A DNA stretch of 63,842 bases, counting the filler, from Octopus bimaculoides (taxonomy: Eukaryota): assembly GCF_001194135.2 (NCBI RefSeq). It is 9 parts of 8 records of this genome, joined end to end, with 100 filler letters (N's around TTAATTAATTAA, not from the genome) between each part and the next. Parts side by side here need not be neighbours in the genome. Positions count along the whole stretch, not along the records: positions 1 to 26,980 come from NC_068987.1; 8 more parts are not named here. One strand, written 5' to 3'. The notes beneath the pieces were generated by a model. The model did no database searches, was not told the origin of the DNA, and saw only the letters and a program-made list of their open reading frames with translations. Shown here piece after piece: positions 11,654 to 22,034 of the stretch; within the stretch, counting starts at the first letter, position 1, and every line of letters starts with the position of its first letter. Made by a program: the position numbers and the translations under genes.

Positions 11654-12289
11654 CCAACAATATTCTTGTATAAACACACAGACACAGACACATATATATA
11701 TATCATGTGATTAGCAAGTTCGCTTTCAACCATGTCGTTGAAAGCAGAAAAGTACAGTACCAGGCGTAATTTTCCTGGCAAAACCTTCTATCTATTTTTA
11801 GACAAGGTTCTGAGCCACCAGCTGAGCTTAAATGATCTGTTTGATAATATGAAAATAGAGTATATATATTTCCGATAATACAAATTCTTTGTACCAGCCA
11901 ATGGATGATAACAACTTCACGGTATATTATCTCTGAACTTTGATAAAATTCATAGCAACAACCGATAGGGAGAAAATAGCCTTTTAGGATAACATTCAGA
12001 TCACTCTCTGCCAGTAGCAAAGCCTATCAGATGTCGCAGATAGAAAAACAAGTGTTATTTATTTCTGTCCTCTTTTTTCTCATTTCCTTGCAGTGTCATC
12101 ACCTTCGTTGTATGTTTCTTGTATGGTAATTGTTCTTAATTTCTAAATGAACCACATAATTACAAATAATTATAGATTACTCCCTCAAATGTAATGCTTA
12201 TAAATTCATGTTTTTGAATTATTAATGTAGCTTCTTGTAGCTTCGAGATTTCGATTATGTGATTGTTTATTTTTAGAATAACATTGTAA

Positions 12290-12376
12290 TGTAAGTGTGA
12301 GAGGCTGGATCTGGCCAGTGTGAATACAAAACAATATTTGGGCTGGATATAACTGGTTTAAATGCTAAAGGGTTAA
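12290..12376 (-). mobile_element. piggyBac-like MITE terminus
   Basis: The minus strand reads TTAA|CCCTTTAGCATTTAAACC (TTAA at 12373-12376 next to a CCC terminus). The other end was not found. Confidence 0.6.
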
Positions 12377-12679
12377 ACATACAGGGACTACTGTAAAAGT
12401 TCAAGATTATGGATGCTGTGGTTATCATACACAAGTCAATAGGGATCAATAGTAGTATGTAATGAAAAAAGAATGTCTTGGTACTGGTATGTAATGCGTA
12501 ATAAACATAACAGTTTGGTAAAGAAGTGTTGCAAATTGAAGAAATTTGAGAAAAACGAAGATAAGAAAAAAAATGATAAAATCTGATTTCAGAATTATAA
12601 ACTTCAAGAAGGAAGAAAGGAGGCAACAAATGGTGAGAAGATTCGTTCAATGTATGCAAAGAGAGAAAATGGATGTGTG

Positions 12680-12745
12680 CGTGCGCATGCGTAAAGAGGA
12701 AAGCGCATTTTCTGATTCAAAAGCTTTCTTTGTTAATGGCGCCTT
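12680..12745. promoter_or_regulatory. NRF1-like and YY1-like motifs (possible promoter)
   Basis: TGCGCATGCG (12682-12691) and AATGGCGCC (12735-12743). No linked coding exon identified. Confidence 0.3.
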
Positions 12746-13650
12746 ATTTTACACAGCAATAAAGCAATCGATGTAGTTGCTTGTATTCATAAAAAAGATG
12801 TTACCATGCCCCAGGAGCTAAAAGAATTATGTGTATGTGTGTGTGTGTGTGTGAAACTGGGTTTTTTTTTGGAAGCATGAGCCTGCTTGGAAGAAGACAA
12901 CAAGCGAAGGAAAATTAACACCTGGAAAAGTTCAGAAATCATCTGACTTGGAAGAAACACTGAAGTTGCTGCTACTGCTGATGGTACGAAATTAAATTTT
13001 TTACTTGTGTATCACTCTGAAAATCGAATGACTTTTAATACCTATGCTGAATTCAATACCTGTAATTTGGAATTTAAATAAGGCTCGTAAAGAAGTATAT
13101 GATTCTACAGTCGAAAGGTACCAAAGACAGGCTTAATTTTCCTAACAGTGCACTAAGAGCTATCTACAGAGCTTAAATGAACTTCTAATGTGAGAGTAGA
13201 CTATATTTCCAATAATACAATTTATTTGCTCCTGACAATGGATCAGTGTGATAGGAGCTTCAAGGCATATTTTCTGTGAACTTTGAAAAACCCCATAAAA
13301 ACAATTGATTAGGAGAATAAACTTACAGAGACTAATGCAGAACGTCTGTGTTGTGGATGTTGCGGCTAATACAGCCGTGTCATAGGATGAAATGAAACCC
13401 CGCAGTTATGGTGTTTGGAAAAATATATGACCAGACTGGATCTGTGCCTTCTATATTGTTTCTATCAACCGAAAGGTTTTCTCATATTTAGAAAGATTGT
13501 GTGACACAGGAAAATAACGCAGAGCTTTAAGCAGTCGTAGAGTTGCTAGAATATACTCTACCTTCATATTATCATACAGATCCTTTAAGCTCAGCTGGTG
13601 GCTCAGAACGAATGAATAGATCTCTGCACTTTTTTTTTTTTTTTTTTTTT

Positions 13651-13948
13651 AGCCAGGTACTTATTCTATCATTCTCTATTGCCGAACGCTAAGTTAAAGT
13701 TACAGGGACGTAAACACACTATAACACCGGTTGTCAAGTGGCGGTGGGGGACAAACATAGACACAAAGGCAGGCACCCATACAATGGGCTTCTTTCAGTT
13801 TCCGTTTACCAAATCCACTCACAAGTTTTTTGTCGACCCGAGGCTATAGTGGAAGATACACTAACCTAAGGTGCCATGCAGTGGGGCGGTACTCGGAAAC
13901 GGGTAGTTGAGAAGCCAACTTCTTACCACACATTCATTCCTGGGCCTA
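13651..13948 (-). mobile_element. SINE family A, diverged, next to a poly-T run
   Basis: Family A body on the minus strand; T run at about 13630-13650. Confidence 0.85.
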
Positions 13949-14196
13949 TATATGTGTGTGTGTGTATGTTGGTTTCACTCATCTCAACTAGGAGGGGAAT
14001 TTTTCTTCAGGGACTATTGTCACAGTGGAGGGTCTTCTCACATCCGAATGCAATCGAACATGTTAAGTGTAACTCTTACACGAATATTTCATTCAATATT
14101 GCTAAGTGCGACTTTATTTCTGGTTTTACTAAGCTTTACGCACATCAGCAAACGTACCATATACTGTTTTAATATAAGAATGAATTCGTTCTTATC

Positions 14197-14291
14197 GGGC
14201 TGTGAATGGCAGATTTGGTGTTCGTAGTTGACAACGTGAGGGAAGTCAGAAACGCATGCATCTTATGATCTGGTGATGTCATTCACAGCCC
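14197..14291. mobile_element. 95-bp mini-MITE with 15-bp TIRs
   Basis: GGGCTGTGAATGGCA / TGTCATTCACAGCCC (14 of 15 complementary). No TSD seen. Confidence 0.5.
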
Positions 14292-14984
14292 ACAATGTTT
14301 TGACATATCCACGGAGGAAGGTCTTCTCACGTATATTAATCAAAGAATGTAATATTATAGATCCATTACAAACGACCTTACCTATGGGTTTCACCCAGGC
14401 CATTGCATAATGAGACGATTAAGAACTGTACTCGTCAGAGTAGCTGGTTTGGAAAAAGAGGTGATTGCTCTCTCTTATGGGAGGTAAAGAAGTGTCACAC
14501 ATGATCTGCAGGTACCGTGAAAAAGACGAAACGAAGTTGCGGAAGGCAACTAAGAAATAGGATTCCACCAAGAGTTACGCCCCTTACCCCTGGCAAAAGG
14601 AAAAAAAAACAAAAAAAACTCCGAGTGAATTGTGACCACAAGCAAAAGTAGTATTTCTTGTATGTACAGTTAGACGTACGATTGCTACTGGTGATTTTAC
14701 AGCTCCATGTACAGTATCGTTATCTAGTCTACTTCTGATAAAGAACTGTGGTGAAACATGAGTAGGTAACAAATGGCATAAACTGCATCTTGTGTTGGTC
14801 ATACATTTTCATATATATATATATATATATATACACACTAGATAATAACAGAGTCAATGATATCTTTGCAAATTATTTTTTCCGTGAATAATTTTTATCT
14901 TGTGAATTATCTACTCCGTATTGAAATTATTTTCACACTGGTGGCTGCCATCATTTCAGTGCAGACTTCAACATGACATAGTAA

Positions 14985-15037
14985 CACGTGCTGAGGAAGG
15001 TGAGGCTATTATGTTAGTGCAGAAACCGGTCCATCTG
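14985..15037 (+). ncRNA. Degenerate hammerhead-like motif (Penelope type)
   Basis: CACGTG-CTGAGGA-A-[disrupted stem II]-GAAAC-CG-GTC-CATCTG. Stem I pairs at 5 of 6 positions and the ACCGGT palindrome forms stem III. Confidence 0.4.
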
Positions 15038-15193
15038 AGTCCGAATACTTGAATGTATGCTAGGAGATTGTCTCAGCCCGATTGCCTTCAGACGCTTGAT
15101 TTCTGTAGTTATTATCGATGTATTTTGGCGATTTAAATAAGAGTTTTGACTGTTATTTCCAGCAGTAGACATACTTAGTATGTCCTTTGATTA

Positions 15194-15230
<37 letters not shown>

Positions 15231-15843
15231 TATGCATAAAGTGGAAGTTTGTTTTAAAAACAAATTATATGTAAAAACAAAAAATACAAAACAGTAAATA
15301 CAAATATTGAAAACAAAATAGAAGTTGTTACATTGTTGGAGGGAAGCTTTGCTTTTATTGGTTGATTGAGTGGTTAGTTTTGCACAAGTATAAAGACAGA
15401 ATATGTTCTGGAGTAACTGCAATGTAGAGAGAGAGAGAGAGAGAGAGAGAAAAACATAGGAAGTTAGATAGACAGGAGAGAATCCGAGAGGTTTTGAGTT
15501 CCAGAACAAAACAATAAAGGTATCATACTCACACACATATATATATACAATATACATACATACGTATATATGCATACTCATATATATGTATACATATATA
15601 TATATATATCATACTATATGAATATGTATATGTGAATATATAAAACATATGTAAATTTGATATATATAAATGTATACACACATGTATATAGATATAGATG
15701 TATGTATCATCATTATTTAATATCCACTTTCCGTGTATAGATATATTTATACTCATATACATACATGTGTATATAAATATATGAATATATACACATATAT
15801 GTATGTGATATATATATAGAATATGCTTTATATTTAATTTACA

Positions 15844-15905
<62 letters not shown>

Positions 15906-16263
15906 TATGTATATACATATATATATGTGCGTATATGTCAATAAAGGAAACCTTTTCTCTCAGACGTATAATTATGACACGATGACATTCAAGTTTAATC
16001 TTTTTTGTTGTAGGATATTGGACATTTCTTATTAATGCTTCACATGTAGTTTGGAAGAACGAAATTCCTAAATCCATCGGTCCATTAACATTTCAAGATT
16101 TTCTGATAGATTCTCAGGAAGAAATAAATGATGGTAATACTCTGTCGTTCACATGCTTTGCAAATAAGTCATAGAGAATGATCGGAGGATTTTTCAGACT
16201 CCTAAAATCGTCAACACTGGTTTAATGTAGAAACTTAACGAGTAAAATAAACATTAAGCTGAC

Positions 16264-16452
16264 CAGTGGTTCTCAACCGCCCTCAAGCATCTTTCCAACG
16301 CTCTCCCTGACGGGTCTTCCCTCTATAAATATAATACACCTTTTTCTATAATTGACTCTTGTTTTACTTTTTTGGTGTAACATCCCCTCCCCCACCACAC
16401 AAAATCCAGGTTTTGGGCCTGGCCTGGATATTAAAATGGTTGAGAATCACTG
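16264..16452. mobile_element. hAT/Charlie-like MITE (189 bp)
   Basis: TIRs CAGTGGTTCTCAACC / GGTTGAGAATCACTG. The 8-bp flanks do not match. Confidence 0.8.
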
Positions 16453-16875
16453 CTCTTGGTACTAACTCACCAGCATTTGCCTTTGGTTATATGGTTCATA
16501 TTTCTATTTCAAAGTGACCTGAGTTAAAATCTTCCATCAAAATTTCATATTAATTTCTATAGAATTTATTATTAAGCTGGTTCCAGACACCAGCTCATAA
16601 TGACAAAATTATTTTATTAAATTTTTAAAATTGATTGAAACAAAGGCAATGAATTTCAACAGAAATTCTATAACAATTAACACTTTTCATTACAAGAGTA
16701 ACAAGAGGACTAATTAACAACAGTTTTGCTAATAGATCACATATTATCGTATTGCAGAGGTGTACCTTACAGGCAACCGATTTCATCTGAGACTGTACAT
16801 TGGAACTAAAACAATTACAGCATGAAGGAGACACATTAACCATTCCAAAGCACACAAAGACTAAATATTTATTAT

Positions 16876-17003
16876 TTGGTGTCAGAATTTTCCTTGCACC
16901 AACTGTAACCTGGTCACTGATGCCATTCCACTGCATCTAGAACTGCAGTAGAACAACGTCAGTGACCAGGTTGCAGTTGGCATGATGAAAATCTTGACAC
17001 CAA
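16876..17003. repeat. Long hairpin: 60-bp arms with an 8-nt loop
   Basis: Ungapped alignment of 16876-16935 to the reverse complement of 16944-17003 gives 47 of 60 identical; 12 of the 13 differences are transitions. Confidence 0.9.
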
Positions 17004-17050
17004 TTAATATTTCAGTGAAGTTAAAAGTCTTTATTTGTTTGCATCTTCCA

Positions 17051-17372
17051 CAATGCAATTGTTATAATATACTAACATTATCCAACAGTAACTGATACAA
17101 CGGTTTTGGCATCCAGGAAAAATGTGTGAAGGAGCAAAGACCCTCTGATTAACAAAATAAGTGAATGTGTCCTTAAAGGGCCAATACAATAGACCACAAT
17201 TTGAATCATTTGCAATGTAATTGCTATAATATGCTTACATTAGCTAACAATAACTGGCACAGCAGTTTTGGTATCCAGTAAAAATTTGTGAAGAAGTGAA
17301 GATCATCTGGTTACAGAATAGATGTATGTGTCCTTAAAAACCTAACAAAACAGGCCACAATTTGTATCATTC
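17051..17372. repeat. Diverged tandem duplication, two units of about 162 bp
   Basis: Shared landmarks CAATGYAATTGYTATAATA, GTTTTGGYATCCAG, ATGTGTCCTTAAA and CCACAATTTG. Confidence 0.8.
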
Positions 17373-17600
17373 TTGTCAGAAAACTTATAGTTGGTGTTAA
17401 TTTTGAAAACACCAAGGGGCACTCCTCCTTTTTTGACACAAGACCATGAATTGGCAAACCATAGACCATACTTCTGATAACCAGTGCAATATAGAAATTT
17501 CAAAAGAAATGAGAAATTTGTAAACCTTATTAATCTGAGACTTTTTTTTCATCATGTATTTGTAACAAAGAGCAATCTCAACTCATTGTATTATAGTTAA

Positions 17601-17763
17601 ATAGAGTGGCTGTGTGGTAATTAGCTTACTTACCAGCCACATGGTCCTGGGGTCAGTCCCACTACATGGCACCTTGGGCAAGTGTCTTCTACTATAGCCT
17701 CGGGCCGACCAAAGCCTTGTGAGTGGATTTGGTAGACAGACACTGAAAAGAAGCCTGTTATAC

Positions 17764-17806
<43 letters not shown>

Positions 17807-17992
17807 CGTCCCCACACGATCGCTTGACAACTGATGGTGGTGTGTCTACATCCCCATAACTTAGCAGTTCAGTAGATGATAGAATAAGTACTAGGCTTAC
17901 AAAGAATAAGTCCCGGGGTCGACTTGTTTGACTAAAGGCGGTGCTCCAGCATGGCCGCAGTCAAATGACTGAAACAAGTGAAAGACTAAAAG
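17601..17992 (+). mobile_element. SINE family A, full length
   Basis: Head, CORE-like block, internal (TA)(TG) tract and tail are all present. Confidence 0.95.
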
Positions 17993-18107
17993 GAAACCCA
18001 ACTTTTACAGCATTATAATCTTCTATATAAATTGACAACAGAAAAATAAAATGCGTTGGTTAACCATGGAGGTTTTACTAATATCTTGAAAGAAATATAT
18101 AAACATC

Positions 18108-18490
18108 ACAGAGACATGGCTGAGTGGTTAAGAACCTAGCTTTTCAATCACATAACTTAGAGTTCAGTCCCACCATGTGGTGCCTTGGGCAAGCATTTTT
18201 TACAACTCTGGGCTGATAGATGCCTTGTGAGTGAATTTGGTAGATGGAAATTGTATGGAAGCCCATCATATATATGAATGCGTGTTTGTGTTTGTTCCCT
18301 TCCTACCACTTGAGAAAAAATGCTACTTTGTTTATCCTCATAACTTAGTAGTTTTGGTGAAAGAGACCGACAGAATAGTATAAGGCTTAAAACAGAAAAT
18401 TATAAGTACTTGGGTTGATTTGCTCAATTAAAACGGTGTTGCTCCAGCATGGCTGCAGTTTTTTGATAGAAACAAGTAACAACTAAAAGA
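18108..18490 (+). mobile_element. SINE family A, older diverged copy
   Basis: ATGGCTGAGTGGTTAAG…GTTCAGTCCCACC…CCTTGGGCAAG…GCTCCAGCATGGCTGCAG. Confidence 0.8.
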
Positions 18491-18499
18491 CACTAAAGA

Positions 18500-19160
18500 T
18501 GTTCCATAAGCCACAATCTCTTCCAGTCCTTAACCAGTGTATAATTTTATCAACAAACAGATGGTGCACATCAGCCCATCCCTGAGGAAATTTCTGTCTA
18601 GGAGTAATACCACAAACAGCATCATGGGGTGCATGCTATCCAATTACCCCACTAACGACTTTCAAAGTCGTTAGTGGGGTAATTGGATACCTATGCGGTA
18701 AATGAAGTAGTTGACAGTAAATGTGGGACGTACTACACTGGGGCACCACACACACAGACACTTCAATAAAAAAACAACTAAAGAAATGCTGGACCTAGGA
18801 TTTTAAGGTATCCATCAGAGCCATTCAATGTAACAGGAACAAACTCAGAACCATGGAAGCCCTCATAAATAAAATGAGTTGATTAACCATGGATCAGCAA
18901 ACTGAGACCAGCCAGTAACAACAGGAAGGAACTACACAAAGCAAACTAGTTACTATAGAAACACCAGTCTGTGCATGTCACCTTCCTCCTTCTTCCCCCA
19001 CAAATCTGAGCAATGACTTTTCCATCTGTCGTTTTTCTTCCAAATGTCCTGAAGAAGGGGTTATAGCCCCAAAATATAGAATTACAAGGTAAAACTATAA
19101 CTTTGGTCTTATTTTCTTTTCCTTTCGTAGTTTACCTTGTACGTTCTCACACTGTTCTAA
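18500..19160 (+). mobile_element. Penelope-like element relic (GIY-YIG endonuclease end plus terminal repeat)
   Basis: VVDSKCGTYYTG (about 18707-18742) is YIG-like. KVSIRAIQCNRNKLRTMEALI is the conserved-Glu helix. A decayed hammerhead core CTGAAGA-A-GGGG-ttatag-CCCC-AAAA lies at 19049-19074. Confidence 0.6.
18637..18689. repeat. Perfect 26-bp inverted repeat with a 1-nt spacer
   Basis: TATCCAATTACCCCACTAACGACTTT-C-AAAGTCGTTAGTGGGGTAATTGGATA. Confidence 0.98.
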
Positions 19161-20591
19161 CCTTACACAATAAATTTCTTTAAAGTAATACCACACCATG
19201 CTTCAAGGGAAGAGAAAATGTTATCACAATTTCTACTAAATTTGCTCTGTATCTCACAACTAACAATACTACGGAGTATAGTAGTAAGCAAAACCCTATA
19301 CTATAAGCAGATGCATGTTGCTAATCTACATGGAACTCTAAACTCAAATACTAACAATTGTACATCTAACTGTACATACAAGATATACAATATACATACA
19401 TATACATATATATATGTCTATTTATTTATTTCCCTGATCCATTGCAATCCACTGCAAAGCATATCAAGAATACTTGCCATTATTATCAGCATTTCATTCT
19501 GATGAAGAAGCCAAGAAGGTCTTGAAAAATTAATGGACGAATGGATTGAAGAGTGCAACCATTCCAATCTATACATAAAGGAACGAACAAAGAAATATGA
19601 AAGATCCTTGATAAAAGAGATTAAACACACACTGTTGAATGCTTTATAACCAACATGCATACATATGTGTGGATGTGTGTGTTAAATATAAATAAAATGT
19701 GCACACACACATGCATACATACATACACATATACACACACACATAAGTGTGCACAGGTATATATATATATATATATATATATATNNNNNNNNNNNNNNNN
19801 NNNNNNNNNNNNNNNNNNNNNNNNNNNNNNNNNNNNNNNNNNNNNNNNNNNNNNNNNNNNNNNNNNNNNNNNNNNNNNNNNNNNNNNNNNNNNNNNNNNN
19901 NNNNNNNNNNNNNNNNNNNNNNNNNNNNNNNNNNNNNNNNNNNNNNNNNNNNNNNNNNNNNNNNNNNNNNNNNNNNNNNNGCGTGTACATACATATATTT
20001 TATATATATATTTATGTGTGTATATACATGTATATATATATTTATAAACATACACATATATTTATGCGTGTACATACATATATTTTATATATATATTTAT
20101 GTGTGTATATACATGTATATATATATTTATAAACACATATTTATATATATTTATATACACACACATACATGCACACATATACACATAAACATATATACAT
20201 ATAAGAGGCAAGTTTATCTGGAAGTGAGTTAATTAGTCGTGTTTTAACAAAGAAACAGTAAACAGGTAGTAGTAATAGTAGTAGTAATAATAATAATAAT
20301 AATAATAATAATGATATTGATTAACACTATTAGTAATAATATATTTAATAACTGAAGTAATTCTTTGAAACAGCTAATCATCAAAAGAAATAAGCTTGTG
20401 TATGTGTGTGTGCATGTGTGTGATTGTTTTGTTTAGTTTTTGGTTTTGTTATATGTATTTTTTAAAAACTTCTAAACAAAAGGAAGAACAGGAAATTATA
20501 ATAACATTAATTAATTAATTACCTAATTGATAATGATAATAATAATAACAATAGTAATAATAATAATAATAATGATAATAATAATTGTAGC

Positions 20592-20840
20592 AGTTTCTGA
20601 TTTAGGCACAAGGCCTGCAATTTTGAAGGGAGTTGGTAGTGGTGGGGGGTGGGGGTTACTCTGCACCATCAACATCAGGGTTTGAAAGGTACTCTGGTAG
20701 TTCCATTTTTATCACCCCAGGAGGGGTGAAAGGCAAAGTTAACCTTGGCAGGATTTGAACTCAGAATGTAAAGAGCCGGAACAAATACCACAAGGCACTT
20801 TTTCTGCTGCTCTTGCAATTCCGTCAAACTGCCATCCTTA
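20592..20840 (-). mobile_element. SINE family B, diverged, between (AAT)n tracts
   Basis: GAAAGGCAAAGTTAACCTTGGCAGGATTTGAACTCAGAATGTAAAG on the plus strand. Confidence 0.8.
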
Positions 20841-20925
20841 ATAATAATAATAATAGTAACAAGAATACAAATAATAATGATAATAATGATAATAATAATA
20901 ATAATAATAATAGTAATAATAATAA

Positions 20926-20956
<31 letters not shown>

Positions 20957-22034
20957 AATAATATGCATGATTTTCGTAACTGAAGCATGTGAAAGTTTGT
21001 TTATCTATCATTCTACAACCTTTTTTGCACAAGAATGATTTGATATGGAAGCCATGCCTATATAAGGAAATTTACGACAGCATTTGATTAAATTGCTCAG
21101 AAATTTAAAAATAAAAAAAAAAAATCAAAATTAAAAATATATATATATATGTTAAAAAATAAAAGCGACTTCCAGAATTTGAAAAAAAAAAACAAAAAGG
21201 GTAAGTTTTTGTTTTTTTTTCCTCTATTGTTTTGTTTTCTTTCTTCTCCTTTTATCTTTGTTTTCTTTTTCCTTTATTATTATTATTATTCATTCATTTA
21301 TTTATTTGTTGTTTTTTTTTTGTTTTTTTGACATATATAGTTCCAAGACAAAAATATTTGTAGAATGCAGAGATTGATGGAAGTGGATTTGTGAGGTTCT
21401 CTCTCTATATGGATGGAAGCTGTGCAAAAATAAATTCAATTTTTTTTTTTATATTTATTTCTAACCAAGAATAATCAGAATTCAAATGGAGTATTAGATC
21501 AGGCTTTTTTTTTTTTAAGAGCAGAGCAAACACTTTATTTTATTTTATATTTATTTATTTATTCATATATATATATGTTTTTTTTTCTCCCCCATTTGGT
21601 TTGGCAGCGATGTGAGAATTGAGCCTAAAGTTTTAGAGGGACATTTGACAATGCAAGCCTGTAAACACGTGCCTATGTCTACCTCTTCACTTGTAATAAT
21701 AGTTGTTGTATCATTATTATTATTATTAGTAGTAGTAGTTAAATTTGTGTGGGGCTGGATGCATTTTTATCTAGCCAGTTCCCACTACTGTCTGCTACAT
21801 CTAGATTTAGACAATTGTGAGTTGCAGACCATATCCACCAAAGTTCTTTTCTTTTACTCTGTCTGTCTGTCTGCCTGTTCTCTAGAACTAGACAATGTGA
21901 ATTGTGATGTCCTGCTGGCTGACCTGTAGAATCAGAATTACAAGGCATTTGGAGAAATAACAGAACCGAGTGGTGGAAGAAAAAAAATTTGAACAAAAAA
22001 TAAGAAATTGTCTTTTTAAAAACCATTTTTTTTT

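Noticed and set aside
12094-12125. Possible plus-strand micro-exon encoding VITFVVCFLY
   Set aside because: Three competing donors, no partner exons and too short to support.
15940-16250. Possible ancient LINE RT fragment on the minus strand
   Set aside because: Resemblance is too weak to assign without an HMM search.
19497-19530. CTGATGA…GAAA motif
   Set aside because: Stem II and stems I/III do not pair, so it is a chance match within a decayed coding-like stretch.
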